Below are positions 23,104 to 33,443 of a stretch of 64,000 nt of DNA, piece by piece. The stretch's first letter is position 1; every line of letters starts with the position of its first letter. Below the pieces are notes generated by a model that was given only the letters and a program-made list of their open reading frames with translations, searched no databases and was not told the origin of the DNA. The translations under genes were made by a program, and so were the position numbers. Source of the stretch: an uncultured Actinomycetota bacterium (lineage in GTDB: Bacteria > Actinomycetota > Actinomycetes > JAFAQI01); contig CAVYQE010000008.1 of the NCBI GenBank assembly GCA_963770565.1, forward strand, positions 64,001 through 128,000, in the 5' to 3' direction.

Positions 23104-23799
23104 ATGGCGGATCGGCGTGTGGTTGTCGGGGTGGCGCTCGGGCTGGCAGTGGTAGTGGCCGGTTGCGGCGGTGGTAGCGGCGGGTCGAGCCCACAGGCCT
23201 CGCCGCCGGCGAGCTCGGCGCCGGCCGGCACAGCCTCGAGCCAGCCGGCGGCGAGCGGCTCGAGCACGCCGGTCTCCACCCCGAGTCCGGCCGTGACGGA
23301 GCTCACAAGGGCACAGATGAAGGCCGACCTGTTGCTGCCCTCGGCGGTGCCGGCGGGTTACCAGTTGCGGATCGAGCAGGGGATCCACACCAGCAAGGTG
23401 CTCGGCTGCAACCGCACCGGGATCGCGCCGGATCGCGAGGAGGGTGTCGACTTCCAGAAAGGCTCGACCGGTGCGGAGATCGACGACATCATCCGGACGT
23501 ATCCGAGTGCCGCGGTGGCGACCAGGGCGATGCACCAGATCATCGCGTTCGCGAAGGTGTGCCACCACGCCGGGCTCTACACGCTGAAGCCGATCAGCTA
23601 TCCCTCGATCGGTGGCCTGACGATGGCCGTGTCGCTGCGCGAGGGGCTCAGCAGTCTCGGCATCACGGCCGCGACCGGTCAGCAGGTGTTCGTGCTGACC
23701 GGAGCGAGCATCGTCGAGGTCTCCGTCCTCGGGGGGAATGCCGCGCCGGCCGCGAAATCGCTCCCACTAATCCGAGCAGCCGTCGCCCGCCTGCACTAG
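23104..23799 (+). CDS. Hypothetical lipoprotein
   Basis: Signal peptide with lipobox VAGC, Ser/Pro-rich linker, globular domain with two Cys. Confidence 0.72.
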   Translation: MADRRVVVGVALGLAVVVAGCGGGSGGSSPQASPPASSAPAGTASSQPAASGSSTPVSTPSPAVTELTRAQMKADLLLPSAVPAGYQLRIEQGIHTSKVLGCNRTGIAPDREEGVDFQKGSTGAEIDDIIRTYPSAAVATRAMHQIIAFAKVCHHAGLYTLKPISYPSIGGLTMAVSLREGLSSLGITAATGQQVFVLTGASIVEVSVLGGNAAPAAKSLPLIRAAVARLH

Positions 23800-23852
23800 C
23801 CCCACCGATGGGCCATGCGTGGGGCTATAGCCCCACCGATGGGCCATGCGTG
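23797..23852. repeat. Tandem 25-bp direct repeat (period 31 bp) with a central 18-bp perfect palindrome
   Basis: TAGCCCCACCGATGGGCCATGCGTG at 23797 and 23828; GTGGGGCTATAGCCCCAC at 23819-23836; between convergent genes. Confidence 0.85.
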
Positions 23853-23855
23853 TTG

Positions 23856-24626
23856 TTAGTCCCAGCGGAAGGTGCGGGCGGCGGCCACGGCCGCAACTGC
23901 GGCCCAGACTGCGAGGGTCACCCAGTCGCGCAGCGGTGCGTTGCCACCTGAGCGCAGTACGACGCGAAGGCCGTTGCTTAGCGCGCTGATCGGCAACAGC
24001 TCGAGCACGTGCCGCAGACCGGGGGAGAAGTCGGTGAGCGGGAATGCGACGCCGCCCAGGACGAGCAGCAACAGGTAGACCAGGTTCGCCGCCGCCAAGG
24101 TGGCCTCGGCACGCAGCGTGCCGGCCATCAGCAGCCCGAGCGCGCTGAACGCCGCCGTTCCGAGCAGGAGCAACCCGACCACGGCGAGCGGGTTGCCGTG
24201 CGGCGACCACCCGGCGATCAGCCCGACCACGCACAGCAGCGCCACCTGCAGCACCTCGATGCACAGCACGCCGATCGTCTTCGCCGCGAGCAGCACCGCG
24301 CGCGGGAGGGGCGTGGTGCCGAGCCGCCGCAGGACGCCGTACCGCCGCTCGAAGCCGGTTCCGATCGCCTGGCCGGTGAACGCGGTCGACATCACGGCGA
24401 GCGCCAGCACGCCCGGCACCAGGAAGTCGATCCGCGGCTTCGGCAGGTCGGCGATCGGGGCGCTCGCGAACAGGATCAGCAGGACGGTCGGGATCACGAC
24501 CGTGAGCAACAGCTGCTCGCCGTTGCGCAGCGTCAGCCGGAGCTCCATCGCCGCCTGCGCGAGCAGCTGCCGGCCGCGGGGCGCCGCGCCCGGGGCCGGG
24601 CTGAGGTCCAGGGGTACGGCGGTCAC
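23856..24626 (-). CDS. ABC-2 type transporter permease (Rv1457c-like)
   Basis: ELRLTLRNGEQLLL, AFTGQAIGTGFERRYG, C-terminal FRWD. Confidence 0.9.
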   Translation of the reverse strand: MTAVPLDLSPAPGAAPRGRQLLAQAAMELRLTLRNGEQLLLTVVIPTVLLILFASAPIADLPKPRIDFLVPGVLALAVMSTAFTGQAIGTGFERRYGVLRRLGTTPLPRAVLLAAKTIGVLCIEVLQVALLCVVGLIAGWSPHGNPLAVVGLLLLGTAAFSALGLLMAGTLRAEATLAAANLVYLLLLVLGGVAFPLTDFSPGLRHVLELLPISALSNGLRVVLRSGGNAPLRDWVTLAVWAAVAAVAAARTFRWD

Positions 24627-25555
24627 GGGGTGGCCGCCTTGCCGGTGAGCTCGACGAAGACGTCCTCGAGGCTGCGGGCGGCCGTCGTCAGCCGCTCGGC
24701 GATCAGGCCGCGCTGCGCGCACCAGGCGGCCACGTCCGCCGCGAGCTGCGGGGTGACCTCACCGGTGACGACGTAGTGGCCGGGATCGGGCTCGGTGACG
24801 TTGCTGCCGGCCGGCAGCACGACCAGGAGCTCGGCAATCGGGAGCCCGGCGGGTGCGTCGAACTGAAGTCGGGGGCGCTCGCCGTCGCGGCTCGTGAGGG
24901 CGGCCGGCGAGCCGGTGGCGACCACCCGGCCGGCGTCGATGATCACGACCGAGTCGGCCAACTGCTCGGCCTCGTCGATCGCATGCGTGGTCAGCACGAC
25001 CGCGACGCCGGCGTCCTTGAGCTGCTTCACCAGGGTCCAGGCGGCGTGCCGCCCCGCCACATCGAGGCCCGCGGTCGGCTCGTCCAGGAACACCGCTTCG
25101 GGGCGGCCGACGATGCAGAGGGCCAGCGAGAGCCGTTGCTGCTCCCCGCCGGAGAGCCGGCGCCAGGGGGTGTCGACGACCGCGGCCAGCCCGAGCCGCT
25201 CGAGCAAGGGAACGATCGGCAGCGGGTTCGCGTGCAGCGCGGCGTACAGGCGGAGGACCTCGCCAGCGCGCGCGGACGGGTAGACCCCGCTCGCGGTCGA
25301 GCCACCCTGCGGCATCACTCCGATCCGGGCCCGAAGGGCCGTGCCGTCGCGGGCGGGGTCGAGCCCGAGCACCCGCACGGTGCCGCCGTCGGCGACCCGA
25401 AGGCCGGCACAGATCTCGACCGTCGTGGTCTTACCCGCGCCGTTCGGGCCGAGCACCGCGGTGACCTCACCGGCCGCGGCTCGGAACGAGACGTCAGCCA
25501 CGGCGACCACGCTCGAATAGCGCTTGGCCAGGTTCGACACCTCGACCGCGGCCAC
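24623..25555 (-). CDS. ABC transporter ATP-binding protein (Rv1458c-like)
   Basis: GPNGAGKTT, LSGGEQQR, FLDEPTAGLD; TACACT 7 nt before GTG 25555. Confidence 0.92.
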   Translation of the reverse strand: MAAVEVSNLAKRYSSVVAVADVSFRAAAGEVTAVLGPNGAGKTTTVEICAGLRVADGGTVRVLGLDPARDGTALRARIGVMPQGGSTASGVYPSARAGEVLRLYAALHANPLPIVPLLERLGLAAVVDTPWRRLSGGEQQRLSLALCIVGRPEAVFLDEPTAGLDVAGRHAAWTLVKQLKDAGVAVVLTTHAIDEAEQLADSVVIIDAGRVVATGSPAALTSRDGERPRLQFDAPAGLPIAELLVVLPAGSNVTEPDPGHYVVTGEVTPQLAADVAAWCAQRGLIAERLTTAARSLEDVFVELTGKAATP

Positions 25556-25604
25556 GTCGCGAAGTGTAGGAAGCGGCCCGGTACCGGTCCGGATCCGGGC
25601 GGGT

Positions 25605-25645
25605 TTGGCACTGTCAGACAATTACGCAATAATGACGTTGTGAAA
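25605..25645 (+). promoter_or_regulatory. Putative leaderless suf promoter with an overlapping SufR-type imperfect palindrome
   Basis: TTGGCA-N17-AATAAT then GTG 6 nt later; AT-rich TTACGCAAT...GTTGTGAAA. Confidence 0.5.
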
Positions 25646-26347
25646 ACCGCGAGCGTGGCCCCGGAGCACGGGCTCGACTCCGCGGACCGCCGGACCCGGG
25701 TGCGGGTGAGCCGCTCGCTGCTCGAGCACGGACCGTCCACGGTCGCTGAGCTCGCGGCCCGGCTCGGCCTGACGACCGCGGCGATCCGCCGTCATCTCGA
25801 CGCCGCGCTGGCCGACGGCACGATCGTCTCCCACGAGGAGCGCCCGCACGGCCCCCGTGGCCGCGGCCGCCCGGCCCGGTTGTTCAGCCTCTCCGACGCC
25901 GGTCACGCCGCCGGCCCCACGTCGTACGACGATTTCGCCGTCGATGCGCTCCGCTACCTTCGCGAGTCCGGCGGCGAGGCGGCGGTCGAGGACTTCGCCC
26001 GGCGCCGGATGGCCGCATGGGAGGCCCGGTACGCCGAGCGGATCGCGGCCCTCCCGCTCGACGAGCGGCCCGAGGCTTTGGCCCTGGCCCTGGCCGACGA
26101 CGGATACGCCTCTACCGTGCACGACACCACTCTCGGCGTCCAGGTCTGCCAGCACCACTGCCCGGTCCAGCACGTCGCCGAGGAGTTCCCGGTGTTGTGC
26201 GAGGTCGAGACCGAGGCGATCGGCCGGCTGGTCGGCCGCCACGTCCAGCGCCTCGCCACCCTCGCTCGCGGGGATGGCGTCTGCACGACTCACATCCCGC
26301 TCACCGACATCACCACCCGACCCGCGTCCGGAAGGACTGCTTCATGA
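25640..26347 (+). CDS. sufR: Fe-S cluster biosynthesis regulator SufR
   Basis: HTH ([10 protein letters not shown]), GRGRPAR, C-terminal QHHCP...LCEVE...CTT Cys ligands; first gene of the suf operon. Confidence 0.92.
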   Translation: MKTASVAPEHGLDSADRRTRVRVSRSLLEHGPSTVAELAARLGLTTAAIRRHLDAALADGTIVSHEERPHGPRGRGRPARLFSLSDAGHAAGPTSYDDFAVDALRYLRESGGEAAVEDFARRRMAAWEARYAERIAALPLDERPEALALALADDGYASTVHDTTLGVQVCQHHCPVQHVAEEFPVLCEVETEAIGRLVGRHVQRLATLARGDGVCTTHIPLTDITTRPASGRTAS

Positions 26348-27756
26348 CCGACCTCGCCCGCCCAGAGCTCGAAGGTCTCGGCCGATACAAGTTCGGCTGG
26401 GCCGACTCCGACGCTGCGGGCGCAATCGCGAAGCGCGGCTTGTCCGAGGACGTCGTGCGCGAGATCTCGGCGCTGAAGGCCGAGCCGGCGTGGATGCTCG
26501 AGCAGCGGTTGAAGGGGCTGCGGCTGTTCTACAAGAAGCCGATGCCGCACTGGGGTGCCGACCTGTCCGGGATCGACTTCGACAACATCAAGTACTTCGT
26601 CCGCTCCACCGAGAAGCAGGCCACGACGTGGGACGAGCTGCCGGCCGAGATCAAGACCACCTACGACCGGCTCGGAATCCCCGAGGCCGAGAAGCAACGG
26701 CTCGTCTCGGGCGTGGCGGCACAGTACGAAAGTGAGGTTGTCTACCACCAGATTCGTGAGGATCTGGAGGCGCAGGGGGTGTTGTTCCTCGACACCGACA
26801 CCGCACTGCGGGAGCAGGAGGACTTGTTCCGCGAGTACTTCGCGTCGGCAATCCCGGCCGGTGACAACAAGTTCTCCGCGCTCAACACCGCGGTCTGGTC
26901 AGGTGGGTCGTTCATCTACGTCCCCAAGGGCGTGAAGGTCGACATCCCGCTGCAGGCGTACTTCCGGATCAACACCGAGAACATGGGCCAGTTCGAGCGG
27001 ACCCTCATCATCGCCGATGAGGGTTCCTACGTGCACTACACCGAGGGCTGCACTGCGCCCATCTACTCCTCGGACTCGCTGCACTCGGCGGTTGTCGAGA
27101 TCATCGTGAAGAAGGATGCGCGGGTCCGTTACACGACGATCCAGAACTGGTCCAACAACGTCTACAACCTGGTGACCAAGCGCGCCATCGCCCACGAGGG
27201 CGCGGTCATGGAGTGGACCGACGCGAACATCGGGTCCAAGGTGACGATGAAATACCCCGCGGTCTGGATGGTGGGGGAGTACGCCAAGGGCGAGACGCTT
27301 TCGCTGGCATTCTCGGCCGAGGGCCAGCACACCGACTCCGGCGCCAAGATGGTGCACGCCGCGCCCAACACCTCGAGCAACATCGTGAGCAAGTCGGTCG
27401 CGCAGGGCGGGGGCCGGACGTCGTACCGCGGTCTGGTCCAGATCAACAAGGGCGCGCACCACTCCAAGAGCACGGTCAAGTGCGACGCGTTGCTGATCGA
27501 CTCGATCAGCCGGTCGGATACATACCCCTACGTCGATGTCCGCGAGGACGACGTGCAGATGGGCCATGAGGCGACGGTCAGCAAGGTCAGCGCCGACCAG
27601 CTGTTCTACCTGATGAGCCGCGGCATGACCGAGGACGAGGCAATGGCGATGATCGTGCGCGGCTTCATCGAGCCGATCGCACGTGAGCTACCGATGGAGT
27701 ACGCCCTGGAGCTGAACCGCCTCATCGAGCTGCAGATGGAAGGGGCCGTCGGCTGA
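26344..27756 (+). CDS. sufB: Fe-S cluster assembly protein SufB
   Basis: [40 protein letters not shown]; no intein. Confidence 0.98.
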   Translation: MTDLARPELEGLGRYKFGWADSDAAGAIAKRGLSEDVVREISALKAEPAWMLEQRLKGLRLFYKKPMPHWGADLSGIDFDNIKYFVRSTEKQATTWDELPAEIKTTYDRLGIPEAEKQRLVSGVAAQYESEVVYHQIREDLEAQGVLFLDTDTALREQEDLFREYFASAIPAGDNKFSALNTAVWSGGSFIYVPKGVKVDIPLQAYFRINTENMGQFERTLIIADEGSYVHYTEGCTAPIYSSDSLHSAVVEIIVKKDARVRYTTIQNWSNNVYNLVTKRAIAHEGAVMEWTDANIGSKVTMKYPAVWMVGEYAKGETLSLAFSAEGQHTDSGAKMVHAAPNTSSNIVSKSVAQGGGRTSYRGLVQINKGAHHSKSTVKCDALLIDSISRSDTYPYVDVREDDVQMGHEATVSKVSADQLFYLMSRGMTEDEAMAMIVRGFIEPIARELPMEYALELNRLIELQMEGAVG

Positions 27757-28934
27757 TGAGCTCCGAACCAACCCCGGCGGTCGTCGCCGGGGAGGGCCGG
27801 TCTGGCCCCGGGTCGCCGCCGCTCGCGTCCGCGGCTGCACGCCGGACGTCGTTCGACCCGGCCGACTTCCCGACGCCAGTCGGCCGCGAAGAGGAGTGGC
27901 GGTTCACCCCGAAGCGGCGGATGACCCGGTTGTTCGAGGACGCCCCGAGCGATGCGGTCCTGAAGTGGACCTCCGACCTGCCCAGCGGCGTCGAAATGGT
28001 CGAGCTGGCGGCGGACGATCCGCTCCGCACCGCGGTTCCGGCACCTGTCGACCGGGTCGCCGCACTTGCGCATGCGAATGCGGGTGGCGCGATCGCCTTG
28101 CGGGTGCCGGCCAACACCGAGCTCGACCGGCCCGCGATCGTCGAGCTGCGCGGCACGAGCAGCGACGATGTGGTGTGGGGGCACGTCGTGGTCGAGGTCG
28201 GCGTCAACTCCAGCGCCACCGTGATCATCGACCACACCGGCAGTACGACGTACGGCGCGATGCTCTCCGTCCTCGTCGGCGATGGTGCTCGACTGACCCT
28301 GGTCAACCTGCAGGACTGGGACGACGACACCGTGCACATCGAGCAGCAGTCGGCGAGCGTCGGCCGTGATGCGACGTTCACCTCGGCAGTCGTGACGCTC
28401 GGGGGCGACCTGGTCCGCCTCACCCCGACCGTGCATTTCACCGGCCCGGGCGCGAACGCGGAGCTGCTCGGCCTGTATTTCGCCGATGCGGAGCAGCACC
28501 TCGAGCACCGGTTGTTCGTCGACCACGACCAGCCGAACTGCCGCAGTCGGGTCACCTACAAGGGCGCGCTGCAGGGTGCCCACGCCCGCACGGTCTGGAT
28601 CGGTGACGTGCTGATCCGCCGCGACGCGATCGGCACCGACACCTACGAAGAGAACCGCAACCTGCTGCTGACCGAGGGAGCCCGCGCCGACTCGGTGCCG
28701 AACCTCGAGATCGAGACCGGCGAGGTGGTCGGCGCCGGCCACGCGAGCACGACCGGGCGCTTCGACGACGAGCAGCTGTTCTACCTGATGGCGCGCGGCA
28801 TCACCGAGCACGAAGCGCGCCGCCTCGTCGTCCGAGGCTTCTTCGCCGAGGTGGTCGAACGGATGGGTGTCCCCGAGGTCCGCGACCGGCTGCTTGCCGC
28901 GGTGGACCGCGAGCTCGGCGAGGCGGTCGAGTGA
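27756..28934 (+). CDS. sufD: Fe-S cluster assembly protein SufD
   Basis: EEEWRFTP, ADSVPNLEIETG, FYLMARGI. Confidence 0.96.
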   Translation: MSSEPTPAVVAGEGRSGPGSPPLASAAARRTSFDPADFPTPVGREEEWRFTPKRRMTRLFEDAPSDAVLKWTSDLPSGVEMVELAADDPLRTAVPAPVDRVAALAHANAGGAIALRVPANTELDRPAIVELRGTSSDDVVWGHVVVEVGVNSSATVIIDHTGSTTYGAMLSVLVGDGARLTLVNLQDWDDDTVHIEQQSASVGRDATFTSAVVTLGGDLVRLTPTVHFTGPGANAELLGLYFADAEQHLEHRLFVDHDQPNCRSRVTYKGALQGAHARTVWIGDVLIRRDAIGTDTYEENRNLLLTEGARADSVPNLEIETGEVVGAGHASTTGRFDDEQLFYLMARGITEHEARRLVVRGFFAEVVERMGVPEVRDRLLAAVDRELGEAVE

Positions 28935-29245
28935 GGGGCTTCGTCAAGGTGTGCGCCTTGTCCGACCTCGCGGACGACCAGCCGCTGCACGTCGACGTCC
29001 ACCGCACCCCGGTGTGCGTCGTCCGCACCCAGGGCGATGTCATGGCGTTGCTGGACGAGTGCTCGCACGCGGAGGTCGCACTCTCCGACGGCGACGTCGA
29101 GGCCGGCACCGTCGAGTGCTGGCTGCACGGGTCACGCTTTGACCTGCGGACCGGCAAACCCACCGGGCTGCCTGCCACTGAGGCAGTGCCGGTCTATTCC
29201 GTACGAATCGACGGCGACGACGTGTACGTCGCCGTGAAGGAGTAA
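28931..29245 (+). CDS. Rieske-type [2Fe-2S] ferredoxin
   Basis: CSH...ECWLHGSRFDLRTG. Confidence 0.93.
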   Translation: MRGFVKVCALSDLADDQPLHVDVHRTPVCVVRTQGDVMALLDECSHAEVALSDGDVEAGTVECWLHGSRFDLRTGKPTGLPATEAVPVYSVRIDGDDVYVAVKE

Positions 29246-29251
29246 GCACTG

Positions 29252-30013
29252 ATGGCAACGCTGGAGATCAAGGACCTGCACGTGGCGGTCAGCGCCGACG
29301 GTGACAGTGACCAGCCGCGGGAGATTCTCAGCGGCGTCAACCTCACCGTGAAGCAGGGCGAGACCCACGCGATCATGGGCCCGAACGGCTCCGGCAAGTC
29401 GACGCTCGCCTACTCGATCGCCGGACATCCGCGCTATCTCGTCACCGGGGGAACGGTCACCCTCGACGGTGCCGACGTGCTGGCGATGACGGTCGACGAG
29501 CGGGCCCGGGCCGGGCTGTTCCTCGCGATGCAATATCCGGTCGAGGTGCCCGGAGTCAGCGTCTCGAACTTCCTTCGTACGGCGGTCACCGCTATCACCG
29601 GCGAGGCGCCCAAGCTGCGCACCTGGGCGAAGGACCTCAATGCCGCCTTTGAGCAGCTCGCGATCGACCCGTCGTTCCAGCAGCGATCTGTCAACGAAGG
29701 CTTCTCCGGTGGAGAGAAGAAGCGGTTCGAGGTGCTGCAGCTCGAGCTGCTGAAGCCGAAGATCGCGGTGCTCGACGAGACCGACTCGGGGCTCGATGTC
29801 GATGCCCTGCGGGTCGTGTCAGCGGGTGTCAACCGAGTCAGGGACGCCGGCACTACCGGCACCCTGCTGATCACGCACTACACGCGGATCTTGCAGTACA
29901 TCAAGCCCGACTACGTCCATGTCTTCGTCGGCGGCCGATTCGTGGCCGAGGGCGGCCCGGAGCTCGCTGACACCCTCGAGGCCGAGGGTTATGAGAAGTG
30001 GACGCTGCCGTGA
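29252..30013 (+). CDS. sufC: Fe-S cluster assembly ATPase SufC
   Basis: MGPNGSGKSTL, NEGFSGGEKKR, LDETDSGLDVD, ITHY. Confidence 0.97.
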   Translation: MATLEIKDLHVAVSADGDSDQPREILSGVNLTVKQGETHAIMGPNGSGKSTLAYSIAGHPRYLVTGGTVTLDGADVLAMTVDERARAGLFLAMQYPVEVPGVSVSNFLRTAVTAITGEAPKLRTWAKDLNAAFEQLAIDPSFQQRSVNEGFSGGEKKRFEVLQLELLKPKIAVLDETDSGLDVDALRVVSAGVNRVRDAGTTGTLLITHYTRILQYIKPDYVHVFVGGRFVAEGGPELADTLEAEGYEKWTLP

Positions 30014-31230
30014 CCTACGACGTTTCGTTGATCCGCAAGGACTTCCCGATCCTGCAGCGCGAAGTCCGTCCCGGCGTACCGCTGGTCTACCTCGACAGCG
30101 CGGCGACGTCCCAGAAGCCCTTGCAGGTGCTCGACGCGATGCGCGACTACTACGAGCACCACAACGCCAACGTGCACCGCGGCATCCACGCCCTCGCCGA
30201 GGAGGCGACCGCGCTCTACGAGGGTGCGCGGTCCAAGGTGGCGACCTTCATCGGGGCCGCCGACCCGCGAGAGGTGGTGTTCGCCAAGAACTCCACCGAG
30301 GCGCTCAACCTGCTCGCGCACGTGTTGCCGTTCGGGCCCGGTGATGAGGTGGTCATCACCGAGATGGAGCACCACTCCAACATCGTGCCGTGGCAGTTGG
30401 CTTGTCAGCGGACCGGCGCGACGCTTAAGTGGATCGGGCTCACCGACGACGGCCGGCTCGACCTGGCTGATCTCGACCGGGTGATCACCGAGCGCACGAA
30501 GGTGGTCGCGTTCGTGCACCAGTCCAACCTGCTCGGCACGGTCAACCCGGTCGCCGAGGTGGCGGCGCGGGCGAGAGCGGTCGGGGCGTACGTCGTCCTG
30601 GACGCTTCGCAGTCGGTGCCGCACTCGCCGGTCGACGTCGGATCGCTCGGCGTCGACGCGGTCGCCTTCACCGGTCACAAGATGTGCGGGCCGACCGGGA
30701 TCGGCGTGCTGTGGGCCCGGCTCGACCTGCTCGAGGCGCTGCCGCCGTTTCTCGGCGGCGGGGAGATGATCGACGAGGTCACAATGGCGGCGTCGACGTT
30801 TGCCCCGCCTCCGCACAAGTTCGAAGCCGGCACGCCGCCGATCGCACAGGCGGTCGGCCTCGGTGCGGCCGTCGACTACCTCAGCGAGCTCGGGATGCCG
30901 GCCGTGCACGCCCACGAGCAGGCGTTGACGGCGTACCTGCTCGAGGGGCTTGGCGCGGTGCCTGGCCTCAGGGTGATCGGCCCTCAGGACATGACCGCGC
31001 GCGGCGGTGCGGTGTCGTTCGTGCTGAACGGGATCCATCCGCACGACGTCGGGCAGTTTCTCGACGAGTACGGCGTTGCAGTACGTGTGGGTCATCACTG
31101 TGCGCGCCCGGCGTGCCTTCGGTACGGCGTTCCCGCCACGTCGCGCGCGTCGCTGTACCTCTACACCGACACCTCGGACATCGACGCCCTCATCGCCGGC
31201 CTCGAGCGAGTGCGGAGCTTCTTCGGATGA
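30010..31230 (+). CDS. sufS: Cysteine desulfurase SufS
   Basis: YLDSAATSQKP, TGHKMCGPTG, KFEAGTP, RVGHHCA. Confidence 0.97.
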   Translation: MTYDVSLIRKDFPILQREVRPGVPLVYLDSAATSQKPLQVLDAMRDYYEHHNANVHRGIHALAEEATALYEGARSKVATFIGAADPREVVFAKNSTEALNLLAHVLPFGPGDEVVITEMEHHSNIVPWQLACQRTGATLKWIGLTDDGRLDLADLDRVITERTKVVAFVHQSNLLGTVNPVAEVAARARAVGAYVVLDASQSVPHSPVDVGSLGVDAVAFTGHKMCGPTGIGVLWARLDLLEALPPFLGGGEMIDEVTMAASTFAPPPHKFEAGTPPIAQAVGLGAAVDYLSELGMPAVHAHEQALTAYLLEGLGAVPGLRVIGPQDMTARGGAVSFVLNGIHPHDVGQFLDEYGVAVRVGHHCARPACLRYGVPATSRASLYLYTDTSDIDALIAGLERVRSFFG

Positions 31231-31688
31231 GCGCGCCGCAGCTTCAGTCGCTCTACCAGGAGATCATCCTCGAGCACTACCGGACGCCGCTTCACAAGGG
31301 CTTGCGCGAGCCGTTCGAGGCTGAGGTCTACCACCTCAACCCGACCTGCGGCGACGAGATCACGTTGAGAGTGCACCTCGACGGCGAGTTGGTGGCCGAC
31401 GTCTCCTATGAGGGTCAGGGCTGCTCGATCTCGCAGGCGTCGGCGAGCGTGATGGCCGATCTGGTGATCGGCAAGCCGCTGGCGGATGCGCTCGACGTCC
31501 ACGACGAGTTCCTGCGGCTGATGCAGTCGAAGGGTGAGGCGACACCGGACGAGGACGTGCTCGAGGACGCCGTCGCGTTCGTGGGCGTGTCGCGATACCC
31601 GGCCCGGATCAAGTGCGCATTGCTGGCCTGGATGGCATGGAAGGACGCGGCCGCTCAGGCGGCCGCCGAGGCAGGAGGAGCCGCATGA
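31227..31688 (+). CDS. sufU: SUF system scaffold/sulfur transfer protein SufU
   Basis: LYQEIILEHY, NPTCGDE, GCSISQAS, RIKCALL. Confidence 0.96.
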   Translation: MSAPQLQSLYQEIILEHYRTPLHKGLREPFEAEVYHLNPTCGDEITLRVHLDGELVADVSYEGQGCSISQASASVMADLVIGKPLADALDVHDEFLRLMQSKGEATPDEDVLEDAVAFVGVSRYPARIKCALLAWMAWKDAAAQAAAEAGGAA

Positions 31689-32035
31689 GCGACCCGACCC
31701 CGACCCCGACCGGCTCGTCGACCGCGACGCCGACCGTCGACGACGTCTACGAGGCAATGCATGACGTGGTCGACCCGGAGCTCGGGATCAACGTCGTCGA
31801 CCTCGGCCTGGTGTACGGCGTGACCCTCGACGCCGACCACAAGGCGGTCGTGGACATGACCTTGACCTCCGCGGCGTGTCCGCTCACCGACGTGATCGAG
31901 GATCAGGCGATGGCCGCTCTCGACGGGCTGACGAACGGGCTGACCATCAACTGGGTCTGGATGCCGCCGTGGGGCCCCGACAAGATCACCGAGGAAGGTC
32001 GGGAGCAGCTTCAGGCGTTGGGCTTCCGGGTCTGA
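31685..32035 (+). CDS. sufT: MIP18/DUF59 metal-sulfur cluster maturation protein
   Basis: DVVDPELGINVVDLGLVY, MTLTSAACP, PPWGPDKIT. Confidence 0.93.
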   Translation: MSDPTPTPTGSSTATPTVDDVYEAMHDVVDPELGINVVDLGLVYGVTLDADHKAVVDMTLTSAACPLTDVIEDQAMAALDGLTNGLTINWVWMPPWGPDKITEEGREQLQALGFRV

Positions 32036-33386
32036 CCCACCGCGCGGCTGCCAGCACCCCGATCAGCGCGACCGCGGCCAGCATCGCGTCGCCGATCGTG
32101 ACCGCGGTCCTGATCCGATCGAGTCCGAGGCCGGTGACCAGCGCGCCGACCGCGGCGATTCCGGCGATGCTGCCGACCATGTCGCTGATCTGAAGCGCCG
32201 CTGAGTTGATGCCCTGGCTCTCGGCCGGGGACAGGTCCAGCATCGACACCGAGATCGTCGGCATCGCGATACCCATCCCGACCCCGGCGATCGTCCAGAT
32301 CGGCACGGCCAGCCACAGGCTGACCGACGGTGAAGCGATCACGATCAGCAGGGCGATCCCGGTGAGCACGGCCGCGAACCCGACGCGGATCAGTGTGACC
32401 CGCCGCCGGGTCCCGCGACCCTGCCACCAGGATCCGAGCGCCCAGCCGAGCGCGCCCACGGTGAGCGGGATGCCGACCGTCCGTGGCGAAGCGTGGTGCA
32501 CGCGGGTCAGGGTGAGGGGCAGGTAGGACTCGGCGCCGAAGAAGGCGCAGGTGAGGATCCCGCGCATCGCGATGACCGCCGGGAGCCCGCGGGCGAGGCG
32601 GAGGGCGCCTCGCGGCAGCAGCGCTCTGAGCTGTGGGGCACCGAGCGCCAGACCGGCGACCAGCAACGGGATGCTCCACCAGCTCACGGTTTCGGCCGCG
32701 ACCTGGATCAGGCCGAGACCTCCGGCCAGCAGGATCCCGCGCCCGATGCCGCTTGAAGCGGCGGTCTCGGGCTGTCGGTTGGCGGGGATCCGGCGCAGCA
32801 CCGGGATCAGCAGCGCGGCGCCGCCCACTGCCAGTGGCGCGATCCCGGCGAAGACCCATCGCCAGCCGAACGCGGACGTGACGAGGCCAGCGGCGGCTGG
32901 GCCGACCAGTGACGGCACCACCCAGGCCGCCGACAAGGCGGCGAACACCTTCGGGTGAAGAGCATCCGGGAAGGTCCGAGCGACGACGACGTACGCCGCC
33001 ACGATCATTGCGCCGCCGCCCAGCCCCTGCAGGGCTCGGCCGGCAAGGAAGACGCCCATGTTGGGCGCGACCGACGCGGTCACGAGGCCGGCCGCGAACA
33101 ATCCCAGCCCGCCGAGCAGCGACGGGGTCGGCCCGTGCCGGTCGCATCGCCGGCCCGCGTCGACCATCCCGACGACATCGGTCAACAGGTAGGCGGTGAA
33201 GCCCCAGCTGTAGTAGCGCAGGCCGTGCAGCTCGCGGACGACGGTCGGCATGATGGTGGCCACCGCCATCGCCTCGACGGCGACGACAGTGATCACGATC
33301 ACCAGGCCGATGACCTGCACGCGGTGCTGCGGATCACGAAGTGAGGCGACCGGTGCGGTCCCTACCGCCGACTCGGAGACCGCCAC
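31986..33386 (-). CDS. MFS transporter
   Basis: AVEAMAVATIMP, GRALQGLGGG, AWVVPSLVGP, many TM segments; start uncertain, 3' end overlaps sufT. Confidence 0.85.
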   Translation of the reverse strand: MAVSESAVGTAPVASLRDPQHRVQVIGLVIVITVVAVEAMAVATIMPTVVRELHGLRYYSWGFTAYLLTDVVGMVDAGRRCDRHGPTPSLLGGLGLFAAGLVTASVAPNMGVFLAGRALQGLGGGAMIVAAYVVVARTFPDALHPKVFAALSAAWVVPSLVGPAAAGLVTSAFGWRWVFAGIAPLAVGGAALLIPVLRRIPANRQPETAASSGIGRGILLAGGLGLIQVAAETVSWWSIPLLVAGLALGAPQLRALLPRGALRLARGLPAVIAMRGILTCAFFGAESYLPLTLTRVHHASPRTVGIPLTVGALGWALGSWWQGRGTRRRVTLIRVGFAAVLTGIALLIVIASPSVSLWLAVPIWTIAGVGMGIAMPTISVSMLDLSPAESQGINSAALQISDMVGSIAGIAAVGALVTGLGLDRIRTAVTIGDAMLAAVALIGVLAAARWVRPGSPTPEAAPDLPR

Positions 33387-33443
33387 CTTGCCATCGTCGG
33401 GTCACAGGGGGGTGCCAGGTCAAACCCGGCCCGGTGGGAGGAC

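Noticed and set aside
26344-27756. Intein in SufB, as in some mycobacteria
   Set aside because: Length is the normal 470 aa with no insertion.
31690-31740. CCGACC short tandem repeats
   Set aside because: They encode the low-complexity PTPTPT N-terminus of SufT.
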